A stretch of 64,000 bases of DNA from Dimorphilus gyrociliatus (Eukaryota; Animalia; Annelida): the NCBI GenBank assembly GCA_904063045.1, contig CAJFCJ010000005.1, forward strand, positions 4,369,689 through 4,433,688. The letters are read 5' to 3'. Made by a program: the position numbers and the translations under genes. Positions 39,284-50,908 of this stretch are shown here, one piece after another. How positions within the stretch are numbered: the stretch's first letter is position 1; each line of letters starts with the position of its first letter. The notes below the pieces were generated by a model. The model was not told the DNA's origin. It saw only the letters and a program-made list of their open reading frames with translations, and searched no databases.

Positions 39284-40759
39284 TTAGCCTATTCAATTCT
39301 TAAATAGAATAATCCGAATATATGTCATGTAAATGAGCTGTGTTGGCAGAGTATAGAAATACGCGTTATTTTTCGAATATAAACAGATATTGGAAATTAG
39401 ACAGATTGATGGAAACTTTTTAAAAATCGTCTCTATTAATAACAGTTTATCGATTATTGAAAACGTAAAGAATATTGAGAAAATGGAATATAACGAAGAG
39501 GAATTTTGCTTAATAACTACACTTCATAAGTTGTAAGTAGTAAACAATTAATATCGAATTAATACGATTACGATATGTCTAATAATCATTACAAAGAAAT
39601 AATCCTCTCAACTATAAACTGTTACTTATGACGGCAGTCTTTGCATTAAATCTAATGATGAGTATTCAAACTATCCTCTTACACAACACTCGGCTACTGT
39701 CTACTTATCGTAAACTAATTGCAACTGGACAATATATAGCCATCGTTCAAATTGGAATTCTCCTCTCCTTTTATATAATCTTTATAAATTGCGTAATTGA
39801 TGAATCACTTGGAAAGTTGAAATTTTGTCCAAGAAATCAAGTAAAGAAAATGTAGGCTGACAGAAATTTAATATATTCTAATTAAACTGCTTGTTTCGTT
39901 TTATTTTTCTTTTATACGCTTGGAGTAGTAGAGGATTTTAAAGATGTATTGCAATGTTTATTCGCCGTCTGCCTAGTAGCTGCCATTTTAGTTTTACATT
40001 TTTACTCTACACTGGAAAGGATGAGTAGAAAGCCATGCTCCACTACTTTTGCCACCAATGTGGTTTAAGCCGACATCAGAATAAGGCAATTTCACATTTT
40101 TATCAACAATACATATAAATACATAAACAGTAATATCTATCTTTGTGAAACAATGTCGAAACAATGTCAAAAACCGCGATAAGAAAAAAACATTTTTTCT
40201 TATCTTATCTCACTTTTTCTTGAACAATTCATTTTCATTTGTTTTAAAGAGACTATGAAGACAAACAACGTGATTTTAATTAATCCATTCATAGATTTTC
40301 AATTTAGGAAACTTTATATTTTACATCATTAATAGTTCTATGCTTTATGATATTCCATTCAAATAGGATTGTTAACTTTAACAATTTCATAATCATATAT
40401 GTGCAAGTTCATTTCATACACTCTCAACAGTAAATAGTCAATTATTTTCCATTCTAATATATGTATTTATTAAATACATTTGACATTCTTATTCAGAATT
40501 CGTGAATTAACAGATGGTTTTAACATAAAGATAATCTGATACTCCTCATTCACATTGGATTCTTAAATACATAGCTCTACTATTGTTATTTCAGTGAAAT
40601 GGTGTGATAAGACTGGATACATATAATGGGAAAATACAGATGGGAAAAGCTAATAGACATTTGCTTCATTTCTTTCCAAAAAGAATAAAGTAGATGGATG
40701 GAGAGAATGTGTAAATGTTATTAATAGTGGAAATTTGATCAGTCAAAGTTAAAACAACA

Positions 40760-40820
40760 TAAAGATAAAGCGAAATCTATTATCTGCCATTTCCCATTGA
40801 AATTTCAGTATTATAAAAGG
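40760..40820 (+). promoter_or_regulatory. TATA box (TATAAAA 40812-40818) with upstream GATA-type sites for GL5; mirrored for GL1 at about 16277-16283
   Basis: TATAAAAGG lies about 85 nt before the ATG, with AGATAA and TTATCT just upstream. A similar TATAAAA (23518-23524) plus CTTATCTTATC precedes CB1. Confidence 0.5.
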
Positions 40821-40896
40821 AACGGGTTGAATGAACTAATTATCCATTTCTGACTCTTTAGTAGCAGTGTACAAGGAACTACAAATCAAACCAAAA

Positions 40897-41241
40897 ATGA
40901 AATTGTTGATTGCTCTCGCCGCTCTCGTTGCTGTCGCTTATTGCAGTAAGTAGTCTCTCTCCCTCTCTCTCTCCCTCTCTCTTACAAACTCTTTGCCTTT
41001 TGCAGCCACCACTCTTCCAACCACAACCAGAGCATGGGGATGTCCCGCCGACAACTTTTGCCAACCAGGCAGTCAGATTTGCTGCTGGCACGAGCCAACC
41101 GTTTCTGGTTGTTGCAACACCGGATTCAAATGCTGTCCATCAATCAGAGGAGATGAACACGACTGTTGTCCAGTTGACGAGACTGCTTGCCACGAAAATG
41201 GTTCCTCCAACTGCTACTACAACATCTTGAAACACGCTTAA
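40897..41241 (+). CDS. Secreted 12-Cys granulin-like peptide (GL5), inverted duplicate of GL1
   Basis: Exon 1 40897-40945, 60-nt intron, exon 2 41006-41241. The protein is identical to GL1 except NTGF vs NAGF. Confidence 0.92.
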
Positions 41242-43330
41242 ACTGCTCTTTCAATTTCAATAAATTTCATTTAAAAATCAATCTCTCTCTTATTTATTAT
41301 CCACTTTTCAATCATCTTTCTTTTCTACATAGTTCTCTTTGCTGTTCAATCCTTCCTTCTTTTCTTTCGTATTGCCTCTCTTTCTCTAGTTTTCCTCACT
41401 TTTGTTTCTTTTCTATCTCTCGTCAATTTTTTTCACCCAAAGCTAGTCCTCTTTGAAAGAGCATTAGGCATAGAGAAAGCATTATGTAGTATTCTAAATT
41501 ACACATAGAAATACATATGGCAACAAACTCTGAGTATAAAAATCAATCAATCAGAAAATACTGATAATAATTGCTAAGTCAGCTGTTTGTACTCAAGAAA
41601 AGTACACGACATTCTTAAAAGAAAATTGGCAAATATTTAGCTTAGGTTAGCATAAAAATTTGATTTATTTGGAATTTGAATACGAATACGAAACTAATTG
41701 AAATGACTTTGTTTATAATTCTGAAAGAATGAATTAATTGGACGGTAAAATAGAAATTGGAATGTTTAGTTTTTTAAAAGTTCGTTTCTTAATTAAAATT
41801 GTATCTTTAATAAATGAAAGAAATTACAATTTTTCATAAAAATTATCTCTTAATTTCAACATTTCAACACGAAAATGATTAGGTAGCGATTATACTGTAG
41901 ATACTGTATGGATGTAATAATATATGTATATATATATATATATCCACGCTTGATAAGATCTAATACAAAAAAAATACCTTAAATAGTACACAAGGTAAAT
42001 GTTTCTGTCAAGATAGCTTGTCCTTGACACAACTATTTTTATTTAGTACAATGAAATATCAATGGAGACTATTCGACAAGGTTAAATCTAAAATTAAGAT
42101 TGAAAAGGGACTATAGAATATACCAGACTGCTATTTTGATAAGAAATAATATTGTTATCGATTTACTTAGTCAAATAACAAACAAGTATTTCTCTTTGTT
42201 TGTTTGTTTTCAAATTTACTAATACGTTTTAATCGAGTTTGTCAAACCCTATTATCGTATTATAGCTGAAATATGCAACAAAAGCACTTTCTATATTAAT
42301 ACATATTTCGTCAAGATATTTTGTGTATTTTTGAAAAAATAGTGCTAGAGAGATAATAGTCGTTATATCATCATGCTACCATGACAATAACTCGGCCTAT
42401 AAATAACAAAATACTGACAGGAGCGTGAATTTTAAGATGGAATTATCTACTGAGAAACAGATTATGATTTAGATAGGATTCTTCTTAAATTAATAGAACT
42501 TCATTAAATTTCACATTCCTCACATTATATATACTATATATCCGTTACATACTGCCGTCGTATGTCTTAGCTACCTGCTCCTCTACCTCTTTAATTCTTT
42601 AAATGACTACTCGATTTTTCAATTAATCAGCCGCTATTATGAATACAGTCTTTCCAAAGTCTTTTAAATATGCTTTACACCACCTTTGGATAAGGATTAA
42701 TCGTTAAGTAAGCAGCGTCCGTGTAATCTGTCTACTGATATTACTTTGACAAACTCGGAAAAATTGCTTCGAGCAGAGGATTATTTCGTCTCATTTTCAA
42801 ACAACTCCAATACCCAATTTCTTCCGACAACCTCTCATTAAATCCTCCTTAAATCCAAGGCTTTGTAGACGGTTTCGTTCTATCCGTCAAAGAGTAGAAA
42901 AGTGTCCATCTTGTTAAAACTAACGAAATCTATTGGATTTATGATATTTCTATCGTAAAATTAAGCTTTAGATCATCTAGTATAAGAAATAGAGACGTCT
43001 GAACGTCTTTTTTTGATATATAGACAAAAAACAAAACTTGCTTTGAAATATGCAAATATAAAGAAGAAAGTAGGCCTATAAAAGTACAATTTCCTCCACA
43101 CACCACTTCGAATTGATAATAAAAATAAGACTACCACTGAAATCTTAGTTGCAATAAAAATGAAATTTTAATAAAAATGGAATTTTTATTAAAATATACT
43201 TGAATGAATTATCTTTCTTTAATTAGAGAAAAAAGCGTGATTCTCTTCTTCTTCTTCTTCTTCTTCTTCTTCTGAACAGTGCTCTCTCTCTCATCCTACT
43301 TATCCGATGGGAAAAGAGGAAAAATACTCA

Positions 43331-46300
43331 ATGTCTAATAATTTAATGTTAATAATTTTATGGACGTTTAACAAAGTTACTTTTGTTTCATCATTAAAAC
43401 AATTCAATATGTCGTTATTAACGGAAACAGATGTAGAATCTCTGATAATCTTTTAATAAAACTATCCATTAATCAATCAGTTAATCAATCAATTAGGGTT
43501 AATCCTAACCCTAGTTACTGTATGTTATTAAGCGAGATAAAATGAGATAAACATAGATTCTTTATCATTGTTTTCCATACAAGACTTATCAACAAGGAAT
43601 TCTTCAATATCTAAACAAGGTTGAGAGAGGGTTTTATCCAATTGTATATCATATATGCTCTTTGGAAAGGATTGAAAATTATTGCGAAATGTTGAATTTT
43701 GACAATTTCTACGCCGAACTATACCCATGCAAATATTCTGTCAGTAAGTAGAACGATCTATATGACGTCATTGTTTCTTATTGAAAGAAAAACATGTATA
43801 AAACAATATACAATGTAAAATAAATACAAACAAACAAACCAATACACAGATCAATGGTATGAGAAAGTTGATGATGCTTTTATGTAAGTGTAGTAATATG
43901 TATTTGTATTTAGTAAATACGTTCATATACCAAACAATCTCATCTTGTTGTTTGTTAGTTTTAGAGAGTCTACCGACAAAGTGAAACTACGTTTAGCCTG
44001 TTTGAAATGCTTTAAATTTACAACAGGTATGGTTTGTCCAAATACGGACAAAATACAATTTATTGAATATTCATAACATTTCAGTGCCTTTTGGCCTTTA
44101 TATAAGAAATAATGAATACTTAATATGTCTTCGAGAAAATAGACAAAATTACTTTTATAATTCTGAAGAAACAATATGCAATAGAGTAGAATTCATCTAT
44201 CCAAAAGAGCAATCATTGCGTGTTATTTCAAAGAACAACACCAACAATGAAAGATTTCATTTCTGTCGGATTGAAACGTTCAAAAGTACAATTCAAATCT
44301 TTCTTTAAAATATTCAATTTTGTTAATAATTCTATTGGTGAATTTCAGATTTACCTGTTGATAACTTTTATATCATTAAGATTAGCTCACAAAAACATCA
44401 TACATTCTCTTATAGTAAACAACCTGTAAGACATTTACCCATCATTAACGAACAAGAAGAATGGAATCTTCCAAATAGAGTGTGTCAACAGGTGGACAAG
44501 AATACAAGACCAGACTATAACAATCTTATTTTACAAGCCACTGCAGCAACAGATGTTGAAACTAAATTCATACTTTTCTTTATTCTCTTCTTCTTCTTTT
44601 TTTTTCTTTCATTTTTTACAGATAAACTATTGCACAGATGATTTTCTTATTCATAATCAACCGTTAAAAGTTTGTCTAAAATTCCTCTTCTAAGGAATAA
44701 CTGGGCGTAATATCCTTTACAGGTTCTCCTTGTTCATTGTCCAATCTTACTGGCCAATTTCACATTTGAATGTATGATAAGAAATCCGTATAGAAAGGAT
44801 AAAAAATTCTATAGCATGCATTTAAGATGTAGCAAGCCGGAAACAGATGATGAAGGTTCGTATTATAGAAATAGATGTAATTATAATTTTCTTTCTATTA
44901 CGTAATACTACTAATACAAAGGTAATTAGCCAATAGACATCTATTTCGACTGAATAATGGTAATAGAAAGTTTCTGTTCAACGATAATATGACAGGAAAG
45001 AGTGAAATTTGGGGAAATCTTGAAACTTTTGTGAATAATAAAGAATGGATAAAATTCCATATCTATTCATTTAGATACAAAGAGATAAGATTAACTTGTA
45101 ATTATTTCGGATTCAAATCTGGTCTTTTAGCAATTAAGCCTAAAAGATTTTTTAAGAATAACTTTCGTAAATTTCTTAAATGCGAACGAAATCATACGCA
45201 ACTCTCTGATTGTTTGATGGATAATAGGAATAGAATGATTAACAGGTAAATTAAGAAGGAAAGATCTACGAACTACGTTCAGCTATATCCTTTCAATTTC
45301 TTTCTTTATAACAAATAGTAACCCTAGAAAAAGATTTTTAAACATTTTGGATAAGAGTCTTATCATTAAATGTAATAACGATGAATTCGAAGGTAATACG
45401 TGTAATCGTCCTTTTCAAACTTTACGTTTATGTTTTTCATTGAACAAAGAGCAGCCTGTTCATACGAAGACGCTTATAATATACTCGGTGTATGTTATAA
45501 AAAGTTCAAAAGTAGAAAACCTAGTTCTCCACTAGTTGCTAAGAGAGAATGCGAAAAAAAAAATATGACATCGCTAGACGACGTATACGATTTTAAAAGT
45601 CAAATTATTGAAATTCTTAGAGCTCTCTCCATGGAACCAAGTATAATATATCAGTTCGTTGTAGGTATGTTATCCTTTTTAGCTATGTAACTTCTTACAA
45701 GCCTACCTAGTCACGTGTTTAAATGTCTATTATTCCTTCTTTCAAGCGCTTACGAAGGATAAAAGAACCAATAAAATACTATCTCCTCTAAGACGACCTC
45801 TAGAATTTATACCACCGGACTTTATTCCCAGAGTTAGAAGAGTTTCTTTTCAATTATTCCTACTAGTATCAATAATATCTCTACTATTCTCTCTCTCTCT
45901 CTCCCTTCGTTAGGAAGAACTTGCCAAAATGATCTCGAACAGAAAGCCGAAAGCATTAATGACAGATTTTTCTATTGTTCTGAAATATTTTAAAGAAGAG
46001 GATATGTGTTTGGAATTCTATAATGGTACAAATCCTTACCGCTTTCATAGCCTTACTTATCGAACCTATAGATCTTATAGAAGAAGATGTCAAGTTTTTA
46101 CCTCGATTATATATTTTTGTCAGATGATTCCAAGTTTGGCTATTCTGTATAAAAAACATACAGCTAGAAATACATTCATACTCTCAAAAACAGGGGAAAA
46201 ATACCTATTGTCTTTAAATTGGTCCTGGAGCGACGAGCTAGCAACTAGGAAGTATTCAAATTGTGGAAAGAATCCCTTAAGTTGTACTCCGCAGAGTATA

Positions 46301-49300
46301 AAACAATAGAGTTCTCTTTCAATTCGTATTGAATGAATATCTTTCATTTTTCTAAATAGATTTCTTATTTAAATATACAAACAATTTTACAAAGTTCTTC
46401 GAATGCCCAAAAACAACTTTCATCTGTGCGAAACAACGCTTTTGTATTAATAGCTTATACGTTTGCGACGGAATTTACGATTGTTCAGATGCTTCAGACG
46501 AAATCAACTGTTCATATCATTATTTCTATTGCGATATCGATGGTAGAATACCGATACAGTTTGTTTGCAATTTTGTCTTTGATTGCGATGATAGGTCGGA
46601 TGAAAAACACTGTGGTTTGTTAAATATATACACAAAGCTTGTAGAAGGGATGAGATGAAACGTTCCTACGAGGACAGATATTAGTGCAGGGACTCGAAAT
46701 ATCTATAAAAAACCAACTGTTGGATTTAGGGTTAGGGTTAGGGTAACGTTTTATCCAGCATCCTTTATCGTATATTAATATGCATATATTTATTCATATA
46801 CAAAATACTTTGATTTCAGTTGTCTATGGCGAAAGAATCGACCAAACTTTGTAAGGAGACGTATTCAGTTGGAAATAAGAGAACTCGTACTCGTTTTTAA
46901 TTTATCTAACTATGCCGAAGAGTTGGAGTTCTCTTGTTCAGATCCAGCCGACCTTTTAAATAATTTTTTAACAATTCTCATCTACAGTTTAAGATATGGG
47001 TACGAAGAATGCCCACAAAAAGGTTTCGTACATTCAAAACAGCATAAACAATATATAAACCAGCATTTGAGCTGTAACAATGAAAGAAATTGTTTGGTAG
47101 AAAATGAGGAAGAGTATTGCGGACAGTTGAAAAGTTTGTTGAATGAAACGTCATTTTATCTAGTTTTTAACAAAATTAATTCAATGTCACTTCCTTAGCC
47201 TGTAATATAACTTATCAATATCTATGTAGAGACAATTGTTTACCAATTGAAAAGAAATGCGACTATTTCGCTGATTGTCCAGGCACAGAGGAAGAAAATT
47301 CAAAATCCTGCCAAACTGATGGTTATTCTTTTATTCTTTCTTTCTCTTTTAATATTATTCAAATAGGTTTTAGGCAATTCTTTAAAGATGCATTTTTCAT
47401 CCAAAAATTCAATAAGACTTCGATGATAAAATCATATTGCTTTCTATCAAAGAAAGAAAGAGTTTATCGTTGTCGCTTCAACAGGAGCTGGACAGAACAG
47501 TTAGCTCATTCAATTTTTGACGATAATGTCAAGTTCAATGATTTCTACGTGTTTTTAGATTGCAGAGAATTACTGGAAGATTCATTAAATTTGCCAAACA
47601 ACTCTTGTAAAGTTAACTAAAATCTCTCTTTCAGAATAAAGACGTTATCTTTATATTGAACCTATACAGACGCGTTGATAGATCACTCGTCATGGCTAGT
47701 GAGAAGGATTTACATCTCAATTTCGACATTTATCATCAATTCTACACTGCAATATTGCGGTAGAAGAGAGATATTTTTTCTATAAAATGGTTATTAATCT
47801 TTAGTAATCGTTAATTATATTAAAACAGGGAAGGTAGACACATTTCGAGATTTTTCTATCCTACAAAGTGCCGCCTCTTTTACGATTCAAATGGGAATAT
47901 GAGAAATAGATTATTCTTTCCTTTCTACGATCTATCCTATTGCGATGAATTCGAATGTCACGTTGGCGAATATCAATGTAAATTTCATAAGTATTGTATA
48001 TCAGTTGAACAGATATGCGATGGAATAAATCATTGTTGGTATGGAGACGATGAAATTAATTGCGGTATACTGGATGATAATAAAAGAGTTTATCCCCAAA
48101 ATCTTGAATCTAATATAATATACTGTATTCCTCATTTATAGAAAACTTTCAACCTCCTGGATTTTTCTTATGTCGGAATAATTCAAAAGCAATTCCTACA
48201 ACAAGAGTTTGCGACAAATATGTGGATTGTCCGAACGGAAGTGATGAACTCTTTTGCTTTAATAATATAGAATGCAACAAAGAATGTACTTGTCTGCTCG
48301 ACTACGAAATGATCTGTATAAGGGAAAGGCAACAATCGATATTTGACCTTGACTGGATTAGAATTCATCATTGGTTTAGAATAGTTAAGATTTTCAATCA
48401 TCAACTATTTTTCAAGCAAGCGAGATCTAGTATTATCGTTCATTTAACACTTGAAAATTGTGGTCTAAATAACTTTGAAAAGTTCTTCTACACACCAAAT
48501 GTGGTTCATCTTCATCTTTACAAAAATGATTTTACATCCTTGAAATCTTTGGGCAGGAAGAGTCTGCTGCAAACTTTAAACATATCCGGAAATCCGTTAA
48601 ATCATACCGATTTAGCATTTGGTAATCTAACTAGACTAATCTCTTTAGATATATCTTATTCAATGATTAGCCAATTGAGAAGAGATCTCTTTCAAAATCT
48701 ACGAAATCTAAAATATCTATTTATAGCTCATTGTAAATTACATCTAATTGAAGATAATCCATTGAAATCATTAGAATTCCTTAATGAATTACACTTGAAT
48801 AATACAGATTTTCCAGTTCTTTCTCATCTCACAGATTTGAACAATCTAAAGAATATTAGGAAAATCTTTTCTAAATATTACATGTTTTGTTGCAAAAGTC
48901 TCTTCTATAGGCCTAATTTGATATGTCGACCAAACTATTCGGTATTTTTAACATGCTATAACATCTTCTTAAGGAATTCTTCTATAGCTTGTTTCTTTAT
49001 CTTTGGACTCTGTGGAATATTTGGAAATATTTTACTTATAATCTTTAAAATTTTGATGTATTCAAGATCATCCCATCTATTCTCATTATCGCTCACAGTC
49101 GGTTATCTAACAAAATCCTTATATATATTGATAATACTATTTTATAATTTGAAATTTCAATCTAAATATTTCGAATACGATGAAAAATGGAGGAAAAGTT
49201 TATTTTGCAAAAGTTTAGGTAGCATGCTAACATTTTCATTATCATTTTGTACTGGAATGCTACTTTTAATTAGTTTGGATCATTTTTTCGCCATATATTT

Positions 49301-50582
49301 CCCATTTAAGAAATACTTTAATAAATTTGTAGTTCTTGCAGCAATTTTTGCAGTTTCTCTCGTATCCTTTCTATTTCCGTTGTTTGGTCTATTATTAAAT
49401 GAGGTATACAGTATAAACGGGGGAGGGCAGTGGGAGAAACAAACAACCCTTATTAGGGTACAGGGGTTTTTGAATGTTTGTCGCCTCCCTCTATCCAAAT
49501 TGTATAATTGTAAACTGAGACATTTGAAATATTGAACTTAAACTTGTTTATTGCTTTTCTCTGTAGGACTACTTTTCAGATTCACCTCTTTGTTTCAAAT
49601 TCTTTGTTAGAAACGATAAAAGGGCGAATGGTTGGCAGTTGATTTTCTTTAATTATACCATCTATTTCTTTCTATTAAACCTTTTAATATGCTTTTTTTA
49701 TTTCCTTATTTGGAGAGAGTTGTATATTCATAAAAAAGGAATTAAGAAAGATATGAACATGTCGATTAAAATGAGTTTGTCACTTCGTATCTTTGCTACT
49801 TCTTTCGTTAATTTTCTCCATTGTATACTCTATTCATTCATAGGTGAACGATGGAATATTTCTACGCAAAAAGACTAATTAATTACCATTTTTAGGAATA
49901 AAAGCAGCTTTTTTTAAACTCGAATTAAACTACAAACAAGAACTCATCTCCCTCGGATTATCATTGTTTCTACATTTAGTTCTTAATCCTATAGTACTTT
50001 CGTACGGCGAATGGAGAGATTACGTTTCATTTAGAAGAGTGGCGTTGAATAGACGAAGGGAAATTTTTAAAAATAAAATCATTCAAGAAGAAGCTGAAAA
50101 ATGTAGATAAAATTTTCAAATGGGTTCTTTGATCTTTAAGAATTTTGCAGTCGGACAAAAAACATTTTTCATTATTACAGATTTGCAGTTTACTGTGAAA
50201 CAAATTGAATTCAATATTTGGCCATTTAAAATAGAAACAACTTCCAATAGCATCATTTTAAATGAAGAATTCTTTATGAATTTCACTTATTATAAATGTA
50301 TTGAATGCATTCTTATTGCATTGAAATTCTCTCATCAGAATAACTTTTCTCCTAATGGAAAAATACAAATAGAGCATATACATGTTCAAGTTTGTACACA
50401 TAACTAATCCACTATGATTATGAAATGGAGTGAAATTCATCTTTTTACAGGATGGAAAATTCTATCTATCATCGACGAATTACGTTTTAAAGAATGATAT
50501 AAAGGAAAAAGATGATATTCTCTCTTTTGGATTATTAGTTCGAAAATTCCTTCAACAGAAATTCTTGTTAACAACAAATTGA
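43331..50582 (+). CDS. GRL101-like receptor A: SRCR-like/CTL-like ectodomain, about 6 LDLa, LRRs, 7TM, C-terminal kinase-like tail
   Basis: SRCR-like at 44989-45240 (GNLETFVNNKEW..TCNYFGFKSG..LKCERNHTQLSDC), CTL-like at 45430-45660 (CYKK..AKRECEKKNMTSL), LDLa e.g. CDGIYDCSDASDEINC (about 46400-46610) and CDGINHCWYGDDEINC, LRR + hinge (MFCCK..CRP..TC) + TM1-4 in ORF 48222-49535, TM5-7 exons 49569-50102, tail exons about 50151/50181-50389 and 50451-50582. The start codon and some 5' exons are tentative. Confidence 0.85.
46726..46743. repeat. Interstitial telomere-type repeat (TTAGGG)3 in an intron of receptor A
   Basis: Three perfect units read directly. Confidence 0.9.
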
Positions 50583-50751
50583 ATTGATTTATGAATAGAT
50601 AATCTCTATGATTCTATTAAAATAGCTTTCTTTTCTTTAAATGACCTTATTAATGTTCTAGTTTAGTAAAAGTTGAATGACATTTTGTAAGTAAAGTACA
50701 AAACTTCAATAGGCTTTACAGCCTATTAAATTGAACGGGGCGAAGCGTCGG

Positions 50752-50794
50752 TCAATTCGTTCAATTCGTTCAATTCGTTCAATTCGTTCAATTC
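50752..50794. repeat. 9-bp tandem repeat (TCAATTCGT)x~4.8, preceded by an 8-bp-stem hairpin (AATAGGCT-ttac-AGCCTATT, 50708-50727)
   Basis: Read directly; about 115 nt upstream of the LRR gene ATG. Confidence 0.9.
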
Positions 50795-50908
50795 TCTAAA
50801 ATAGCAGTCTATTGAAATATCTCGTTTTGTCTTTTTTGTAAAATACAACTTTTACCAGTTTTTTTACTTATACTACCTTTATTATCGTTAACATTTATTA
50901 TTAGAATT

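Larger units (their letters stand above)
40677..41340. repeat. Inverted duplication arm; partner is 15751-16418
   Basis: The reverse complement of 15751-16418 matches base by base (promoter, both exons, 3' UTR) except for the intronic (CT)n tract and one coding substitution that I saw. Confidence 0.95.

Noticed and set aside
39628-39855. 75-aa hydrophobic plus-strand ORF
   Set aside because: It has no recognisable motif or supporting exons.
43528-44174. Minus-strand ORFs 43528-43728 and 43923-44174 (and antisense ORFs over other genes, e.g. 49280, 52021, 62270)
   Set aside because: They are antisense to better-supported exons on the opposite strand.
50108-50110. In-frame TAA after TM7 of receptor A as a nonsense mutation or true end
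   Set aside because: It lies inside a plausible frame-preserving GT-AG intron (50103-50150 or 50103-50180), at the same phase as introns in receptors B and C. This still needs RNA confirmation.
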